Shown here one piece after another: positions 63,377 to 64,000 of a stretch of DNA of 64,000 nt (position 1 is its first letter; each line of letters starts with the position of its first letter). This DNA is from an uncultured delta proteobacterium (lineage in GTDB: Bacteria; Desulfobacterota; WTBG01; CAIYCZ01): positions 127,607-191,606 of the forward strand of contig CAWDOY010000054.1 of assembly GCA_963803975.1 (NCBI GenBank), given 5' to 3'. The notes below the pieces were generated by a model, which was not told the DNA's origin, did no database searches, and saw nothing but the letters and a program-made list of their open reading frames with translations. A program made the position numbers and the translations under genes.

Positions 63377-64000
63377 ATGAAACAGCCAAGTCTGCCATTA
63401 CTGCCGGCCCATGATGAACAGTCACTCAAGGACTATTTTCAGGCAACAACCGCTAAACCAGTCTCACTCACCCTTACCGGCAACACGGTTTCAATGCTTT
63501 CAATCAGGGAAAGGGAAGCAGGTATTTCCATCAGGCTCCACCGGATGTTTTTAAATGCTGGTCCTGATGTGCTTGATGAGATATGCATCTTTATCAAAAG
63601 AAGAAAGAAGCCCATCTTAAAAGTGCGGGAATTCATTCTCCGGAACCAGGCATGCCTTGATGCACGGAAGCCGCGCTCACTCAACATTAAATCAACGGGC
63701 AGGTATTACAATCTGCTGGATCTGTTTACCGCATTAAACAGAGAGTATTTCAAAAGCAGCGTTACGTCAGCTATTACCTGGGGCAAACGCAGCCTCCGTC
63801 GCGCGGTGAGGAAAAGAAGGCTCGGCAGCTATCAGAGAGATAGAGACATCATACGCATAAATCCTGTTCTGGACAGCAGCACCGTGCCGCGCTATTTCGT
63901 CGAGTTTGTTATCTATCATGAAATGCTTCACGCTGCCGGAGTCGTTGAACCCTGCTATGGAAGGCAGCGCGTCCATTCAAAAGAATTTAAACGGCGAGAG
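63377..64000 (+). CDS. SprT-like zinc metalloprotease, runs off the window end (not in the ORF track)
   Basis: Open frame from ATG 63377: IRLHRMF..LNREYF..ITWG..LGSY..IRINPVLD..YHEMLH..HSKEF. Confidence 0.8.
   Translation, partial: MKQPSLPLLPAHDEQSLKDYFQATTAKPVSLTLTGNTVSMLSIREREAGISIRLHRMFLNAGPDVLDEICIFIKRRKKPILKVREFILRNQACLDARKPRSLNIKSTGRYYNLLDLFTALNREYFKSSVTSAITWGKRSLRRAVRKRRLGSYQRDRDIIRINPVLDSSTVPRYFVEFVIYHEMLHAAGVVEPCYGRQRVHSKEFKRRE

Overview
Chromosomal window from an anaerobic Deltaproteobacteria/Desulfobacterota-like bacterium (taxonomy inferred from gene content). The left part holds housekeeping genes (relA/spoT end, rpmB, manC, pmm, uvrA, pdxA, hisBHAFI, tRNA-Pro, rdgB, pepP), two hicBA toxin-antitoxin (TA) pairs and a two-component cluster. 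The centre (29.4-55.3 kb) is a Wood-Ljungdahl cluster: fhs, acsV, cooC/acsF, folD, acsD, cooS, acsB, acsC, acsE. It is followed by two metV-metF (methylene-THF reductase) pairs. The first pair sits inside an Hmc/Tmc-type transmembrane redox module (NarI-type cytochrome b, a short FeS protein lacking the CCG domain, a 17-CxxCH cytochrome c, a Tat FeS protein and an NrfD protein). The second pair follows an eroded HdrA-MvhD pair. The Hmc-embedded MetVF is the main candidate for an undescribed system: a cytochrome/membrane-coupled methylene-THF reductase. The right part is a small accessory patch (IS4, truncated MNT-HEPN, Phd-RelE, DUF4160/DUF2442, a group IIC intron 5' remnant) followed by ordinary genes. 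A MITE family with CTAW target duplications and many 7-8-mer tandem/inverted intergenic repeats are present. Many core genes carry single-base frameshifts, most likely sequencing/assembly errors, so those gene boundaries are reconstructed by eye. All protein assignments are from motif recognition; no database search was run.
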